A stretch of DNA of 59,734 bases from a virus. Its lineage: Duplodnaviria; Caudoviricetes. The stretch covers positions 1 through 59,734 of the IMG/VR virus record IMGVR_UViG_3300008267_000087, one strand, 5' to 3'. Within the stretch, counting starts at the first letter, position 1. Each line of letters opens with the position of its first letter. Both the position numbers and the translations under genes were made by a program. The notes below the pieces were generated by a model. The model saw only the letters and a list, made by a program, of their open reading frames with translations. It did no database searches and was not told where the DNA came from. Positions 30,457-39,948 of this stretch are shown one piece after another.

Positions 30457-31488
30457 ATGTCAAAAATTAGAGATTTAAAGTTTAATCAAGAGAACAACCT
30501 AAACATTATATCAGTTTTAGAGTTAATCAGTCCAGAGGGAAAATCTAAGTACACAGAAACATTACTTAGGCTAATGAAAAACACGCCGAATTTAAAAGAA
30601 CATGCAAAAGAAATTAGGGCGGTGTTGGCGGACAAACTTCCATTCATTGATAAAAAACAATTGGAGCAATATGGCGAAATCCAATTAATGTTAATCTACA
30701 GATTTATCGATGGATTTTTTAATTTCGAAGATTTACAAAAATTTAGAAAATTTTGTGATTATAATGAAAGAAGTTTAATTGCTGAAAATGATTTAACTAA
30801 ATATAAATCATTCGAACAGATTATTTCCGCAATGAGTATAGCTGAAATGAAAGCAGAAGAGAAAGATCTTGAAAACCAAGTTATAAAAATCTATGATAAC
30901 GATGAATGGTTATTGTTAAGACCTTTAACATTCAACGCCTCTAAAAAATATGGTGCCAATACAAAATGGTGCACTACTACAGAACACAACAATGAATACT
31001 TTCATAAGTACACAAAAAGAGGAGTATTAATATATTGTATCAATAAAAAGTCAGGTTATAAAGTTGCGTCGTTTTATTCATTGGATAAAAATGAACCTGA
31101 GTTTTCATATTGGAACGCTAAAGATTCAAGAATTGATTCTACTGAATCGGAGTTAACTAATGAATTAATTTTATTTATTCGTGAATACGTTAAAACTAAA
31201 GGTGTAAAAACAAATCACTTTATGTTAGATGACGAAACTAAAAAAAAGGAAAACTCCCCAACTACCAAAACATCAGCGAGAGCAAGAACTAGTGATAGAA
31301 TTGCAAGTGCGGTAAGAAGAGCGCAACAAGAAAATGAAGTTCAAGAAATACAAGAACCACAACCTGAATTACCATTTTACGATGAAAGAAGCGATGAAAC
31401 GCAGGAGGATGTAATGGAACAACCAGAAAGTCCGATTGATAGAATGCAATGGTCTTCATCTTCGTTTAGTGGTGGCACAAGAGATTAA
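30457..31488 (+). CDS. Hypothetical protein (PcfJ-related, P-L-T..AS..YG..TKWC motif)
   Basis: LLRPLTFNASKKYGANTKWCTT...YFHKY. Confidence 0.65.
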   Translation: MSKIRDLKFNQENNLNIISVLELISPEGKSKYTETLLRLMKNTPNLKEHAKEIRAVLADKLPFIDKKQLEQYGEIQLMLIYRFIDGFFNFEDLQKFRKFCDYNERSLIAENDLTKYKSFEQIISAMSIAEMKAEEKDLENQVIKIYDNDEWLLLRPLTFNASKKYGANTKWCTTTEHNNEYFHKYTKRGVLIYCINKKSGYKVASFYSLDKNEPEFSYWNAKDSRIDSTESELTNELILFIREYVKTKGVKTNHFMLDDETKKKENSPTTKTSARARTSDRIASAVRRAQQENEVQEIQEPQPELPFYDERSDETQEDVMEQPESPIDRMQWSSSSFSGGTRD

Positions 31489-32246
31489 GATATTTTAGAC
31501 ACATCTACCTTAAATGGCGTTGATACACCTCTTTTAGAGACTACTATCGACGCCATTTCATTTGCGTATATGATTGATTCTTCAATATTTTTAGTCTCCA
31601 AATACTTTATCGTAAATGATGCGGTAAAAGTATCTCCTGCACCACTAACGTCAATCGTTTCTTTAGGATCAGGTGAAGGAAAAACCTTATCCATATACTT
31701 TGCCCCCCTTGAACCCAATGTTATTAAAAGCTTATTGAGCCTTTTAAAATCATGTTTTAAAAATTCAGATTCATTTAGTTTAACAAAATTAAAACAAGAC
31801 AGCATAGCCGTTGTAATTTTTTTCTTAGTATCCATAATTGAAAAATGGGAATGATAAGTAATCTCCCTTAAAACATTTTCAGTTAGAAACCCTTTATTAT
31901 AATCACTAATAATAACGGCATCAGATTCTTTGATTTTTTCAATCATCTCATCAGTTAAAATCAAAGGTTGAATATCTTGTTCACCTTCATCTACTCTTAA
32001 AAACATATGATTAGATTTTTCATCAACAAATCTAGTTTTAGTAATTTCTTTATCTTGATGAATAAAAGTTATTCCAATTTTTGGATTTAATGATAATAAA
32101 TTTTCTACCACATTACCCGCCATTCCTGGATTAATTTCTGTGTGTAATGGATTAAATACCGGCACAGGTGCTTCAGGACTTAATCTTTTAGTTTCACCAT
32201 ATGTGAAAGTATCTTTACATAACTCACCTATTACCGTTATTCGCAT
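31485..32246 (-). CDS. hldA: D-glycero-D-manno-heptose-7-phosphate kinase (HldE/RfaE kinase domain, PfkB family)
   Basis: RLSPEAPVPV, GMAGNV, SDYNKG, DVSGAGDTF. Confidence 0.88.
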   Translation of the reverse strand: MRITVIGELCKDTFTYGETKRLSPEAPVPVFNPLHTEINPGMAGNVVENLLSLNPKIGITFIHQDKEITKTRFVDEKSNHMFLRVDEGEQDIQPLILTDEMIEKIKESDAVIISDYNKGFLTENVLREITYHSHFSIMDTKKKITTAMLSCFNFVKLNESEFLKHDFKRLNKLLITLGSRGAKYMDKVFPSPDPKETIDVSGAGDTFTASFTIKYLETKNIEESIIYANEMASIVVSKRGVSTPFKVDVSKIS

Positions 32247-32622
32247 GATTCAAAATTTTCGTTGTCGATTTATTTTCTATTTTATCGAAGAATGAGATCC
32301 TATCAACCAAGTGATTACCAATTATTTCGTGATATTTGTAATCATCACCAATCACCATAACATCAGCACCCCATTCATCTATTCTTTTTTCTAGTTCTTT
32401 GTCAGAACTAAAACTAACTACACTATCAACATACTTAATTGATTTCATAAAATCAATTCTATCCTGTAATGTGTTAACAGGTCTATCTGAACCTTTCTTT
32501 TCTTTTATTCTTTCGTCAGTATCTAAACCAACTCTAACAATACCTAAACTGCTTGCATGTTCAAGTAATTTGATGTGCCCTATATGCATCACATCAAATG
32601 TTCCGTTTACCCATATTTTCAT
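32224..32622 (-). CDS. hldC: Heptose-1-phosphate adenylyltransferase (HldE/RfaE nucleotidyltransferase domain)
   Basis: NGTFDVMHIGH, KKGSDRPVN, GDDY, STTKI. Confidence 0.88.
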   Translation of the reverse strand: MKIWVNGTFDVMHIGHIKLLEHASSLGIVRVGLDTDERIKEKKGSDRPVNTLQDRIDFMKSIKYVDSVVSFSSDKELEKRIDEWGADVMVIGDDYKYHEIIGNHLVDRISFFDKIENKSTTKILNHANNGNR

Positions 32623-33005
32623 TTTTGTGAGTCCCCCTTCCATACTCTATAAGAGTCGCTGTCAAAATGCTGTGATGAAACTTCAAATACTACACCGTCA
32701 GTTAACGCTTCTAATTGATGAGGTTGTCCAGGTCTTTGACGAACTGTGTCCCCAACTCTTAAATGCTGTTCAATAGTTTCTGCTGTTTCAGTGTCAATCC
32801 ATCTATAAATAAATTCACCATTATCAACATACCATGTTTCATCTTTAATTAAATGATAATGCATGGAGAATTTAGCTCCTTGTTTAAACCTTAAAAGTTT
32901 ACCACAATACATTTCATTGTTCTCAATAATTATTTCGTCGCCCCATCCTTTTGGAACACAACATCCTTCAGTTTCTAATGCATTAATTACAATTGGCTTT
33001 TCCAT
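32619..33005 (-). CDS. Cupin-domain protein (sugar isomerase-like)
   Basis: VPKGWG, SMHYHLIKDETW, PGQPHQL, EVSS..DSYR..KGD. Confidence 0.8.
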   Translation of the reverse strand: MEKPIVINALETEGCCVPKGWGDEIIIENNEMYCGKLLRFKQGAKFSMHYHLIKDETWYVDNGEFIYRWIDTETAETIEQHLRVGDTVRQRPGQPHQLEALTDGVVFEVSSQHFDSDSYRVWKGDSQK

Positions 33006-33008
33006 AAT

Positions 33009-33821
33009 TTATTTTAATTTTTCAATATAATCCTGTAAACCTAATTCTAAATTAAATTTAGGTTCCCAATTATTCATCCATTTATTTTTATTACTCTTTG
33101 TATAGAATTGATACCCAATTGGTACTTTATCTTCATCATGATACGTAAAATTAATGCCTAATATTTTTAACACATCCTCAAATGTTCTTGCTTCACCAGA
33201 ACCAACGTCATAATATTTTGAATGTAATTCTTCAAAGTTTTCAAATGCATGTATGTTAGCACTAACAATATCATTAACATAAACAAAATCTCTTCTCGGT
33301 TTACCAGGGAACAATAAAATATCTTCACCTTGTTTGTGTTTTTCCATCATTTGATATGCAACCGATGCCATCTTACCTTTTTGATTTTCTAATGGACCAT
33401 ACACATTAAAGTATCTTAAAGATATTCCACCCATTTTGTTTACATATTGTTCAGCAACATACTTACTCCAACCATATAGATTAGATGGATGTAAACTATT
33501 CGTACCATAGTTTGCTGCGGATGATGAATAAACTAATTTAGATTTCTTCCAATTACAATAATCCGCTAAAATACGAGTAAACTCATAGTTCCTTGTCATC
33601 ATATAGTTAGCATCTGTTTCTAATGTATCTGAACAAGCGCCAACGTGAAATATAACTGTCGGTGAAAAAGAATTTATAACATTATATAACTCAACACCCC
33701 AATCAGGATTGGTAAAGATGTCCTCATTAATTTCTAAAATATTTTGATGAGTCTCCTGTAGTTTACTAAGTAAGTTCCTTCCAATGAAACCATTCGTCCC
33801 TGTGATAATGATTCTTTCCAT
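33009..33821 (-). CDS. hldD: ADP-L-glycero-D-manno-heptose 6-epimerase-like NAD-dependent epimerase
   Basis: TGTNGFIG, HVGACSDT, SSSAANYG, NLYGWSK, LRYFNVYGP.E..KG.MASV, YQFYT. Confidence 0.85.
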   Translation of the reverse strand: MERIIITGTNGFIGRNLLSKLQETHQNILEINEDIFTNPDWGVELYNVINSFSPTVIFHVGACSDTLETDANYMMTRNYEFTRILADYCNWKKSKLVYSSSAANYGTNSLHPSNLYGWSKYVAEQYVNKMGGISLRYFNVYGPLENQKGKMASVAYQMMEKHKQGEDILLFPGKPRRDFVYVNDIVSANIHAFENFEELHSKYYDVGSGEARTFEDVLKILGINFTYHDEDKVPIGYQFYTKSNKNKWMNNWEPKFNLELGLQDYIEKLK

Positions 33822-33878
33822 AAAACAAATATAAAATATATTATTTACAAATGAAATGCTTTAGTTATATTTTATCAT

Positions 33879-34709
33879 ATGATAAACATTGATTACAGCA
33901 ACAAAGAAATTAAAGTAACGACTCAATTAGTTTCTAAATTATATGAACTACCATTGAGGATGGTTATAAAGAATCAAGTTAGTGGTAGAATCGTTTGGGA
34001 ATGTAATTTATTCGATAATGGATGGGCAACATTTCCAAATAATGAATTAAATGATACATACATCTACGATAAAAAAGAATTGGTTTATCTAAAAACATGG
34101 GACACCGATGATGACGGCGATATATTATATAAAACTTTAAATCTTTATTGTAAAAATCTTTTAAGATACAATATCAAACCACATGGTTTAGCGATTGGAA
34201 CACATGACGGTGAATTTGGTGAATGGGTACCATCTGTTTTAGAACACAAGACAAGCGCAACATTAGTAGAGGCATCAACGCCACAGTTTGAAAAAATCAA
34301 AGAAAATTTTAGAACATTAGCAAATGTCGCGTTGATTAATAAACTAGTTACAACTGACGGAAAACCAGTTGAATTTTTTGAAGGTGGTAGGGGCTATACA
34401 AATAGTGTCGTAGAAAGGGTTATTAAGTCATGGGAGACGGAAGAGATATCAAGCAGTATAAAACCCTCAATAGCGATAAATGAGCTTATTAAATCGACTC
34501 CTGATGGGCGTATTGATTGGTTACACCTTGATGTGGAAGGTTACGATCCACAATTAATAATGGCAATTCAAGATGACTTATTACCAAATTTCATCATATT
34601 TGAGAATAATAACCTAAAAAATGAAGAAAAGGAGGGCATTTTTAGTTATTTAGAGGCTAAGGGTTATACTCTATTTCACGAACCCGTATCGACTTTAGCT
34701 TTAAAGTAG
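33879..34709 (+). CDS. FkbM-like methyltransferase
   Basis: IGTHDG, LVEA, IDWLHLDVEGYD, IIFE. Confidence 0.75.
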   Translation: MINIDYSNKEIKVTTQLVSKLYELPLRMVIKNQVSGRIVWECNLFDNGWATFPNNELNDTYIYDKKELVYLKTWDTDDDGDILYKTLNLYCKNLLRYNIKPHGLAIGTHDGEFGEWVPSVLEHKTSATLVEASTPQFEKIKENFRTLANVALINKLVTTDGKPVEFFEGGRGYTNSVVERVIKSWETEEISSSIKPSIAINELIKSTPDGRIDWLHLDVEGYDPQLIMAIQDDLLPNFIIFENNNLKNEEKEGIFSYLEAKGYTLFHEPVSTLALK

Positions 34710-34724
34710 TGATATTTATTAACT

Positions 34725-34958
34725 ATGAAGTTGCTTATTAATGAAAATCAATACAAAAAGTTAATTATGGAGTACTATGATAGTGAAAAACTATATCATA
34801 GAGAGAAAATCATTAATAGATTAAAATCTGCCCCAAAGTATATCAAGGTATATATTAAAAAATTACAAGAAATACCCGTAGAAACTGAAAATGGTGAAAT
34901 TGTGGTGGCAACCAAAATTCCCGAGGTGCTGTACCAATTTTTATTTGGAAATTTTTAG
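34725..34958 (+). CDS. Small hypothetical protein, possibly capsid-internal
   Basis: N-terminal MKLLINENQYKKLIME; TATTTAT upstream. Confidence 0.65.
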   Translation: MKLLINENQYKKLIMEYYDSEKLYHREKIINRLKSAPKYIKVYIKKLQEIPVETENGEIVVATKIPEVLYQFLFGNF

Positions 34959-35019
34959 TTAAATTTTTTTTATTTAAATAATTTTTATTATATTTGTTTA
35001 ATAACTAAAATAAACTAAT

Positions 35020-35409
35020 ATGAATGAAAAAATTAGCTTTTACACTTTCCCTGGAATTAAAAAAGAACTTTTAGACAAAAAAAAGTACTCCTACTTATTT
35101 ACATCCAGAGAGTTAAAAATGACAAGACAACAAATATTAGAAATTATTGCAAATGAAACTGAAATTACAGTAGAAGCTATTCTCTCAAAGTGTAGAAAAA
35201 GAACAATCGTAGATGCGAGAAATAGATATTGTAAAATACTAAAAGAAAGTTTTAAAATGAATCTTGTTGAAATTGGTAAAGAGATGGGAAAAGATCATAC
35301 AACAATAATTAATAGCTTGAAAAGATTCGACGAAAGATATGAATACGAAGATGATTACAAAGAATTATCTGATAGGATTTTTAATAAAATGGGATTTAAA
35401 TTAAAATAG
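35020..35409 (+). CDS. Stand-alone DnaA C-terminal (domain IV) helix-turn-helix protein
   Basis: ILSKCRKRTIVDAR...MNLVEIGKEMGKDHTTIINSLK matches the DnaA signature (R..iv.AR...IG..F.rDHTTV). Confidence 0.85.
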   Translation: MNEKISFYTFPGIKKELLDKKKYSYLFTSRELKMTRQQILEIIANETEITVEAILSKCRKRTIVDARNRYCKILKESFKMNLVEIGKEMGKDHTTIINSLKRFDERYEYEDDYKELSDRIFNKMGFKLK

Positions 35410-35410
35410 A

Positions 35411-35956
35411 ATGAAAACATTGATAATACATCCGGAAGATGAAAGTACGTTTTTTTTGGACATAGTATATAAACCAATTGAAAATAAAACAGTCATCACT
35501 GGAGGTATTAGTAAAACCGAACTCATGACTTTAATTAGAGAACATGATAGGGTAATGATGATGGGGCACGGATCACCCGCAGGATTATTCTCAATTAACA
35601 AATTCACTAATTGCGGAGCGTATATCATCGATCAACAAATGGTTCCATTATTGAAAGAGAAAACAGACAATGTTTTTATATGGTGCAATGCTGATAAATT
35701 CGTTGAAGTTTTTGGATTGGAGGGCTTCTATTCCGGGATGTTCAGCAGTGAGGTTGGCGAAGCATATTATTGTGGGTTACCCGGTACTGAACAAGATCAG
35801 GTAGACGAGTCTAATTATGGATTTGTTAACATTATTGCAAAGTACATAAATGAGGATAAGAATGTAATTCATGAAAACGTTAAAAAAGAGTATGGTTTAA
35901 TTGCGGAAGAAAATCCAATAGCATTATACAATAACAATAGATTATATAAATCATAA
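35411..35956 (+). CDS. Hypothetical protein with caspase/CHAT-like His-Gly...Cys pattern
   Basis: VMMMGHGSP and VFIWCNAD. Confidence 0.55.
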   Translation: MKTLIIHPEDESTFFLDIVYKPIENKTVITGGISKTELMTLIREHDRVMMMGHGSPAGLFSINKFTNCGAYIIDQQMVPLLKEKTDNVFIWCNADKFVEVFGLEGFYSGMFSSEVGEAYYCGLPGTEQDQVDESNYGFVNIIAKYINEDKNVIHENVKKEYGLIAEENPIALYNNNRLYKS

Positions 35957-35964
35957 AAAACAAA

Positions 35965-36396
35965 ATGAGTCAAGTAAAAATTTCAACAGCAAAAGGTGAT
36001 ATGATTGTCGAACTATATGACAACGAAACACCGGTAACAACAGGTAATTTTAAAAAATTAATTAGTGAAGGATTCTATAATGGATTGAATTTCCATAGAG
36101 TAATTCCAAACTTTGTAATCCAAGGAGGTTGTCCAAATGGTAATGGTGCGGGTGGTCCAGGATATAATATTGAGTGTGAAGTAAATGCTGATAAACAATA
36201 CCACGATAGAGGTGTATTGTCAATGGCTCACGCAGGTAGAAACACCGGAGGTTCACAATTCTTTATTTGTCACAGTCGTGACAACACATCACATTTAGAT
36301 GGAAACCACACTTGTTTTGGTAAAGTGGTTGAAGGTTTAGATGTAATCGACGCTATCCAACAAGGAGATAAAATTACCGAAATTACAATGTTATAA
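35965..36396 (+). CDS. Cyclophilin-type peptidyl-prolyl isomerase
   Basis: FHRVIPNFVIQGG, LSMAHAGRNTGGSQFFI, HLDGNHTCFGKVVEG. Confidence 0.96.
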   Translation: MSQVKISTAKGDMIVELYDNETPVTTGNFKKLISEGFYNGLNFHRVIPNFVIQGGCPNGNGAGGPGYNIECEVNADKQYHDRGVLSMAHAGRNTGGSQFFICHSRDNTSHLDGNHTCFGKVVEGLDVIDAIQQGDKITEITML

Positions 36397-36397
36397 T

Positions 36398-36622
36398 ATG
36401 AAAAAATATTCAGGTTATCTTATTATCGGAGACAACACAAAAGTGATTGAAGTTTTTGCTGACACTGTACATCCCGATAGCACCTGTACCACTAGGTTTC
36501 ATAAACAAATCAGCACAATTGGTTTATATGGAACACCTGAAAAAGGATTCGAAATGGTAGCACAATATCCAACTGATAAGTTGGTTATAACATCAGTAGA
36601 AAATATAGAAGAAACCCCGTAA
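36398..36622 (+). CDS. Hypothetical protein
   Basis: Operon context; ends in a terminator. Confidence 0.6.
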   Translation: MKKYSGYLIIGDNTKVIEVFADTVHPDSTCTTRFHKQISTIGLYGTPEKGFEMVAQYPTDKLVITSVENIEETP

Positions 36623-36632
36623 GGGGTTTTTT
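36612..36632 (+). terminator. Rho-independent terminator
   Basis: AAACCCC-GTAA-GGGGTTT followed by a T run. Confidence 0.8.
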
Positions 36633-36661
36633 TATTTGCATTATTTTTCTTATATTATAAC

Positions 36662-37009
36662 ATGGATTATCAAAAAATTTTATACGGAATACTATTTGGT
36701 ATTTTAGGACAAACAGGAACATTTCTCCAATTACAAGGATCACACAAATACGGATGGTATGAAAAATACTTTTGGGTGATTTTATTAGCAAGCGTCCCGT
36801 TAGGTTATTTGTATATTAAATCGGTTCAATTTTTTATTGCAGGATTTGGGGGACAAATATGGCCTTCAAGACTTGTTGGCTTCGCTGTAGGGATAATTAT
36901 ATTTACTTTGATGAGCTATTTATTGTTTAAGGAACCTCTAAATTTAAAAAATAGTATTTGTTTAGGTTTAGGTTTTCTGATAATTTTAGTACAATTATTT
37001 GTAAAATAA
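36662..37009 (+). CDS. Four-TM small membrane protein (DMT/SMR-like)
   Basis: Four hydrophobic helices; LFKEPL before the last TM. Confidence 0.7.
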   Translation: MDYQKILYGILFGILGQTGTFLQLQGSHKYGWYEKYFWVILLASVPLGYLYIKSVQFFIAGFGGQIWPSRLVGFAVGIIIFTLMSYLLFKEPLNLKNSICLGLGFLIILVQLFVK

Positions 37010-37014
37010 AGCTC

Positions 37015-37407
37015 ATGAAAAGATTCATATTTTTCCACGGATACCAAGAACTACACCCATTATTGGATATTGATTGGGACGCAATTAATAGATTAAATAA
37101 TCTAAACACAATCATCACCCCAACATGGACAGGTACAACTTATACACCAACTTGGGTGGTAAATCCGGGTCTAGTAACTTACACACCTGGATATCATGGA
37201 ACAATAACAACAACTCCAAACTATTTTGGTGCGGGTTATGTGACAATTCCATACAATGGAACGATAAACACAACAGCAGGATTTAGTAGTTTAACGACAT
37301 CAAACACAAACGGAACAACAACATACACAACCAGTGGAATGGGCGGAACTTTAACAACAGGTACCGCAACATTTAGGAATGCTACATTTACCTCAAAATT
37401 TATGTAA
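37015..37407 (+). CDS. FKFF-variant protein (MKRFIFFHGY), Thr/Gly-rich
   Basis: Start placed at ATG 37015. Confidence 0.7.
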   Translation: MKRFIFFHGYQELHPLLDIDWDAINRLNNLNTIITPTWTGTTYTPTWVVNPGLVTYTPGYHGTITTTPNYFGAGYVTIPYNGTINTTAGFSSLTTSNTNGTTTYTTSGMGGTLTTGTATFRNATFTSKFM

Positions 37408-37874
37408 TGACTAAATTCAAATTTTTCAGGGGTTATGTGGGAACATTAGATTTAATTGATGGAGAAACGTATGCAACAGCATCAATATTTGATCCTGTTA
37501 CTTATTGGACATCAGAAGAAATTGAAATAGAACGTATCCGACGTATGCAATTGGCTAATGAGTTTGATGGGCGAATAGAACAAATGCGTAACGATGAAGT
37601 TATCTCTCATGAACAATATATGAGGAATAGAGATATATTAATTGAACAGGAGAGAATAAGAAGATTAGCAATGATAAATCACTCAAGGGAAACCGATAAT
37701 CAAATTAGATTGTATCAAGCAACAAGGGTAACAACCGTTAATCCAAAGTGGTGGATGAAGATTAAGATAGTACTTCAAGAAACTTGGTTATCGGATCCTG
37801 TTGGTATGGTTGTGATGACATTGTTGGTTTCGGTTGTTACATTTATCGGTATATTGAAATTATTTGGAGCATGA
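37407..37874 (+). CDS. FKFF-motif protein with C-terminal TM helix
   Basis: MTKFKFFRGY. Confidence 0.72.
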   Translation: MTKFKFFRGYVGTLDLIDGETYATASIFDPVTYWTSEEIEIERIRRMQLANEFDGRIEQMRNDEVISHEQYMRNRDILIEQERIRRLAMINHSRETDNQIRLYQATRVTTVNPKWWMKIKIVLQETWLSDPVGMVVMTLLVSVVTFIGILKLFGA

Positions 37875-38143
37875 TAAAATCATTCAAATTTTTAACCAAA
37901 TATGAATACCATAGGTTCAGTCCTTATTGTTGTTACGACAATGCAAAGTTTATCATCGAAACTTTAATATCGACAGACGAATGGGAAACAACCATATTCC
38001 CAAAAGAATACCCACACGAAAATGGTGTATGGAGAGTTCTTTACATACATCATAGAGACAATAGTTATCACTCCGTAGTTTGTCATGAACCAGCTAATTC
38101 AGCGCACATAGTTGAGAGATTTTTAATTAATATCGATTATTAA
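37871..38143 (+). CDS. FKFF-motif protein
   Basis: MIKSFKFLTK; ATGA overlap with the upstream gene. Confidence 0.72.
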   Translation: MIKSFKFLTKYEYHRFSPYCCYDNAKFIIETLISTDEWETTIFPKEYPHENGVWRVLYIHHRDNSYHSVVCHEPANSAHIVERFLINIDY

Positions 38144-38151
38144 AAAATATA

Positions 38152-38183
38152 TTTGGTTTTAAATATATTCTACCATATATTTG
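38152..38183 (+). promoter_or_regulatory. Bacteroidota-type housekeeping promoter
   Basis: TTTG-N20-TATATTTG just upstream of ATG 38188. Confidence 0.7.
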
Positions 38184-38187
38184 CTCT

Positions 38188-38373
38188 ATGAAAATGACAA
38201 TAAAATATCACATCGAGGCATTTGTAGATGCCCAAGAAGTAGTAATCGAATGCGATTCATTAGAACAGGCGGAGAAAAAGTTTAAAAATTATATTAGTTC
38301 AGGCTCCGAGGCTTATCTATTTAAAACAGTTAACACAGGTAAGTCCACGAAGGAAGTGTTCCTAATATCTTAA
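38188..38373 (+). CDS. Hypothetical protein
   Basis: Has its own promoter. Confidence 0.6.
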   Translation: MKMTIKYHIEAFVDAQEVVIECDSLEQAEKKFKNYISSGSEAYLFKTVNTGKSTKEVFLIS

Positions 38374-38402
38374 TAATCAGATATTTATATAAAATAACTA
38401 TT

Positions 38403-38525
38403 ATGTCGTCAAAATTTTTTAACAATCCACAACAGCCCAAGGTGGCTAAAGGAGAAAAAAAGCCTATTCCAACCAAACCGATTAAATCTAACACACAGAT
38501 TAAGAAAACGGGTAGAGGGAATTAA
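38403..38525 (+). CDS. 40-aa basic peptide MSSKFFNNPQQPK...KKTGRGN (not in ORF track)
   Basis: Read by hand; TATTTATA at 38382. Confidence 0.55.
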   Translation: MSSKFFNNPQQPKVAKGEKKPIPTKPIKSNTQIKKTGRGN

Positions 38526-38566
38526 ACCAATCTGTTTACTATTTACTATTAATAGTAAAGTAAATA

Positions 38567-38890
38567 ATGAATAGAAGAGAATATAGAAAATTACTGCAGG
38601 ATCCAAAATGGAAGATTAAGGCTTCGTTTATACGCAAACGGGACAACCATACGTGTTGTCGCTGCGGTAAAAAATCACATAGATTACAGGTTCACCATAA
38701 GAAGTACGAGGATGGTTTAATGCCGTGGGAATACGAAAATGATACGTTGGAGTCGTTGTGTTCTGGTTGTCATAAGAAGGAGCACAATATTAAACCAAAA
38801 AGGCGATTTAAGGCAAAGAAAAAACAAAAGTCTACGGAGACAACCGCAATAAAAAGCAGGGTTATTAAAATAAAAATAAACAAAGAATAA
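38567..38890 (+). CDS. HNH endonuclease
   Basis: RKRDNHTCCRCG...LQVHHKKY...LESLCSGCHKKEH. Confidence 0.88.
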   Translation: MNRREYRKLLQDPKWKIKASFIRKRDNHTCCRCGKKSHRLQVHHKKYEDGLMPWEYENDTLESLCSGCHKKEHNIKPKRRFKAKKKQKSTETTAIKSRVIKIKINKE

Positions 38891-38951
38891 TTTTTATTCT
38901 TAAATAAGTTTTATTATATTTGATAATAGAAACCCACCCAAAAATTAACCA

Positions 38952-39278
38952 ATGTTTAAATTCAAATTCCTGGTATCTAACACCAAAAAAGATAATCTTG
39001 TAGATATAATCTTTAAAGAATATCTCGATGATTTAAATGACATTGTTTATGAAATGATTGACTATAACGTCGACAATAGCGTGATAACTAACAGTGGTGA
39101 ATATTACATCACAAATGTTAGCTATCAGAATGATGTCGTTTACACCAGAGCAATATGTTATCCAAATGAATATCCCAACCTAATTATGAGGATGTCAACA
39201 TTCCCAAATGAAGTTTCAATTACAATGGGTGAAAGAGGTAACCCCTTAATCAACACTACTTTTCAAAAACACGCTTAA
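38952..39278 (+). CDS. FKFF-motif protein
   Basis: MFKFKFLVSN. Confidence 0.7.
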   Translation: MFKFKFLVSNTKKDNLVDIIFKEYLDDLNDIVYEMIDYNVDNSVITNSGEYYITNVSYQNDVVYTRAICYPNEYPNLIMRMSTFPNEVSITMGERGNPLINTTFQKHA

Positions 39279-39492
39279 TCACCATTCTTGCGGCAATCTT
39301 AAAGGTTTCACGCGTGTAACCATCATGCCCAACTTTCTCAACCAAATCAAAAGCTTGTGGGTTCTGTTCTTGACAATCCATGATTAAGATACTAGCGATG
39401 TTTTCTTCATGATCGTTACATTTAGAATCGGCATCAGCCATTTTATAAGATAGATTTACTAAGTACTTTTCGTACGCTGTTACATTTGTCAT
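39256..39492 (-). CDS. Hypothetical protein
   Basis: 78 aa ORF coupled with the gene at 39496. Confidence 0.6.
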   Translation of the reverse strand: MTNVTAYEKYLVNLSYKMADADSKCNDHEENIASILIMDCQEQNPQAFDLVEKVGHDGYTRETFKIAARMVIKRVFEK

Positions 39493-39495
39493 ATA

Positions 39496-39732
39496 TTATT
39501 GATTTTCGTTATCTCTTAAATTTAATTCAGTCATAAAAATTTCAACCCACTCTTCGTGACTTTTACCCATATATGGATCTGGAATGGTTTGTTCACCAAT
39601 TCCCGCTATGCAGTTTAAACAATTGAAAATGTGTTTATTCGTCATAAAAAATAGAGGTACATGTCTACCCCTATGGTTGCGCCAAACCACATTCCTGTCA
39701 TGTCTCTTTCCGTGAAAGAATTTATATTCCAT
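39496..39732 (-). CDS. FKFF-variant protein (MEYKFFHGK)
   Basis: Start placed at 39732; W....G....L..MTNKHIFNCLN motif. Confidence 0.7.
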   Translation of the reverse strand: MEYKFFHGKRHDRNVVWRNHRGRHVPLFFMTNKHIFNCLNCIAGIGEQTIPDPYMGKSHEEWVEIFMTELNLRDNENQ

Positions 39733-39948
39733 AAACAAATTTAGGAAATATTTTGATAATAACAAAAAAATTATTTATTTTTACAATACATATTACAAAC
39801 CCAAAATAATTAAAATGGCAAAAAGGATAATCCAAAAGAAAATTATCTATTTCAAAACCTTATTAACGGAAACAAAAGGTTTCTTTAGAAGATTACAAAT
39901 AAGGTATTTGATATGGAATGAAGAATGTAAACTAAAAAAATATAAATA

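Noticed and set aside
38567-38890. HNH as part of an intron or mobile element
   Set aside because: It is free-standing between small genes, with no interrupted host gene or intron structure visible.
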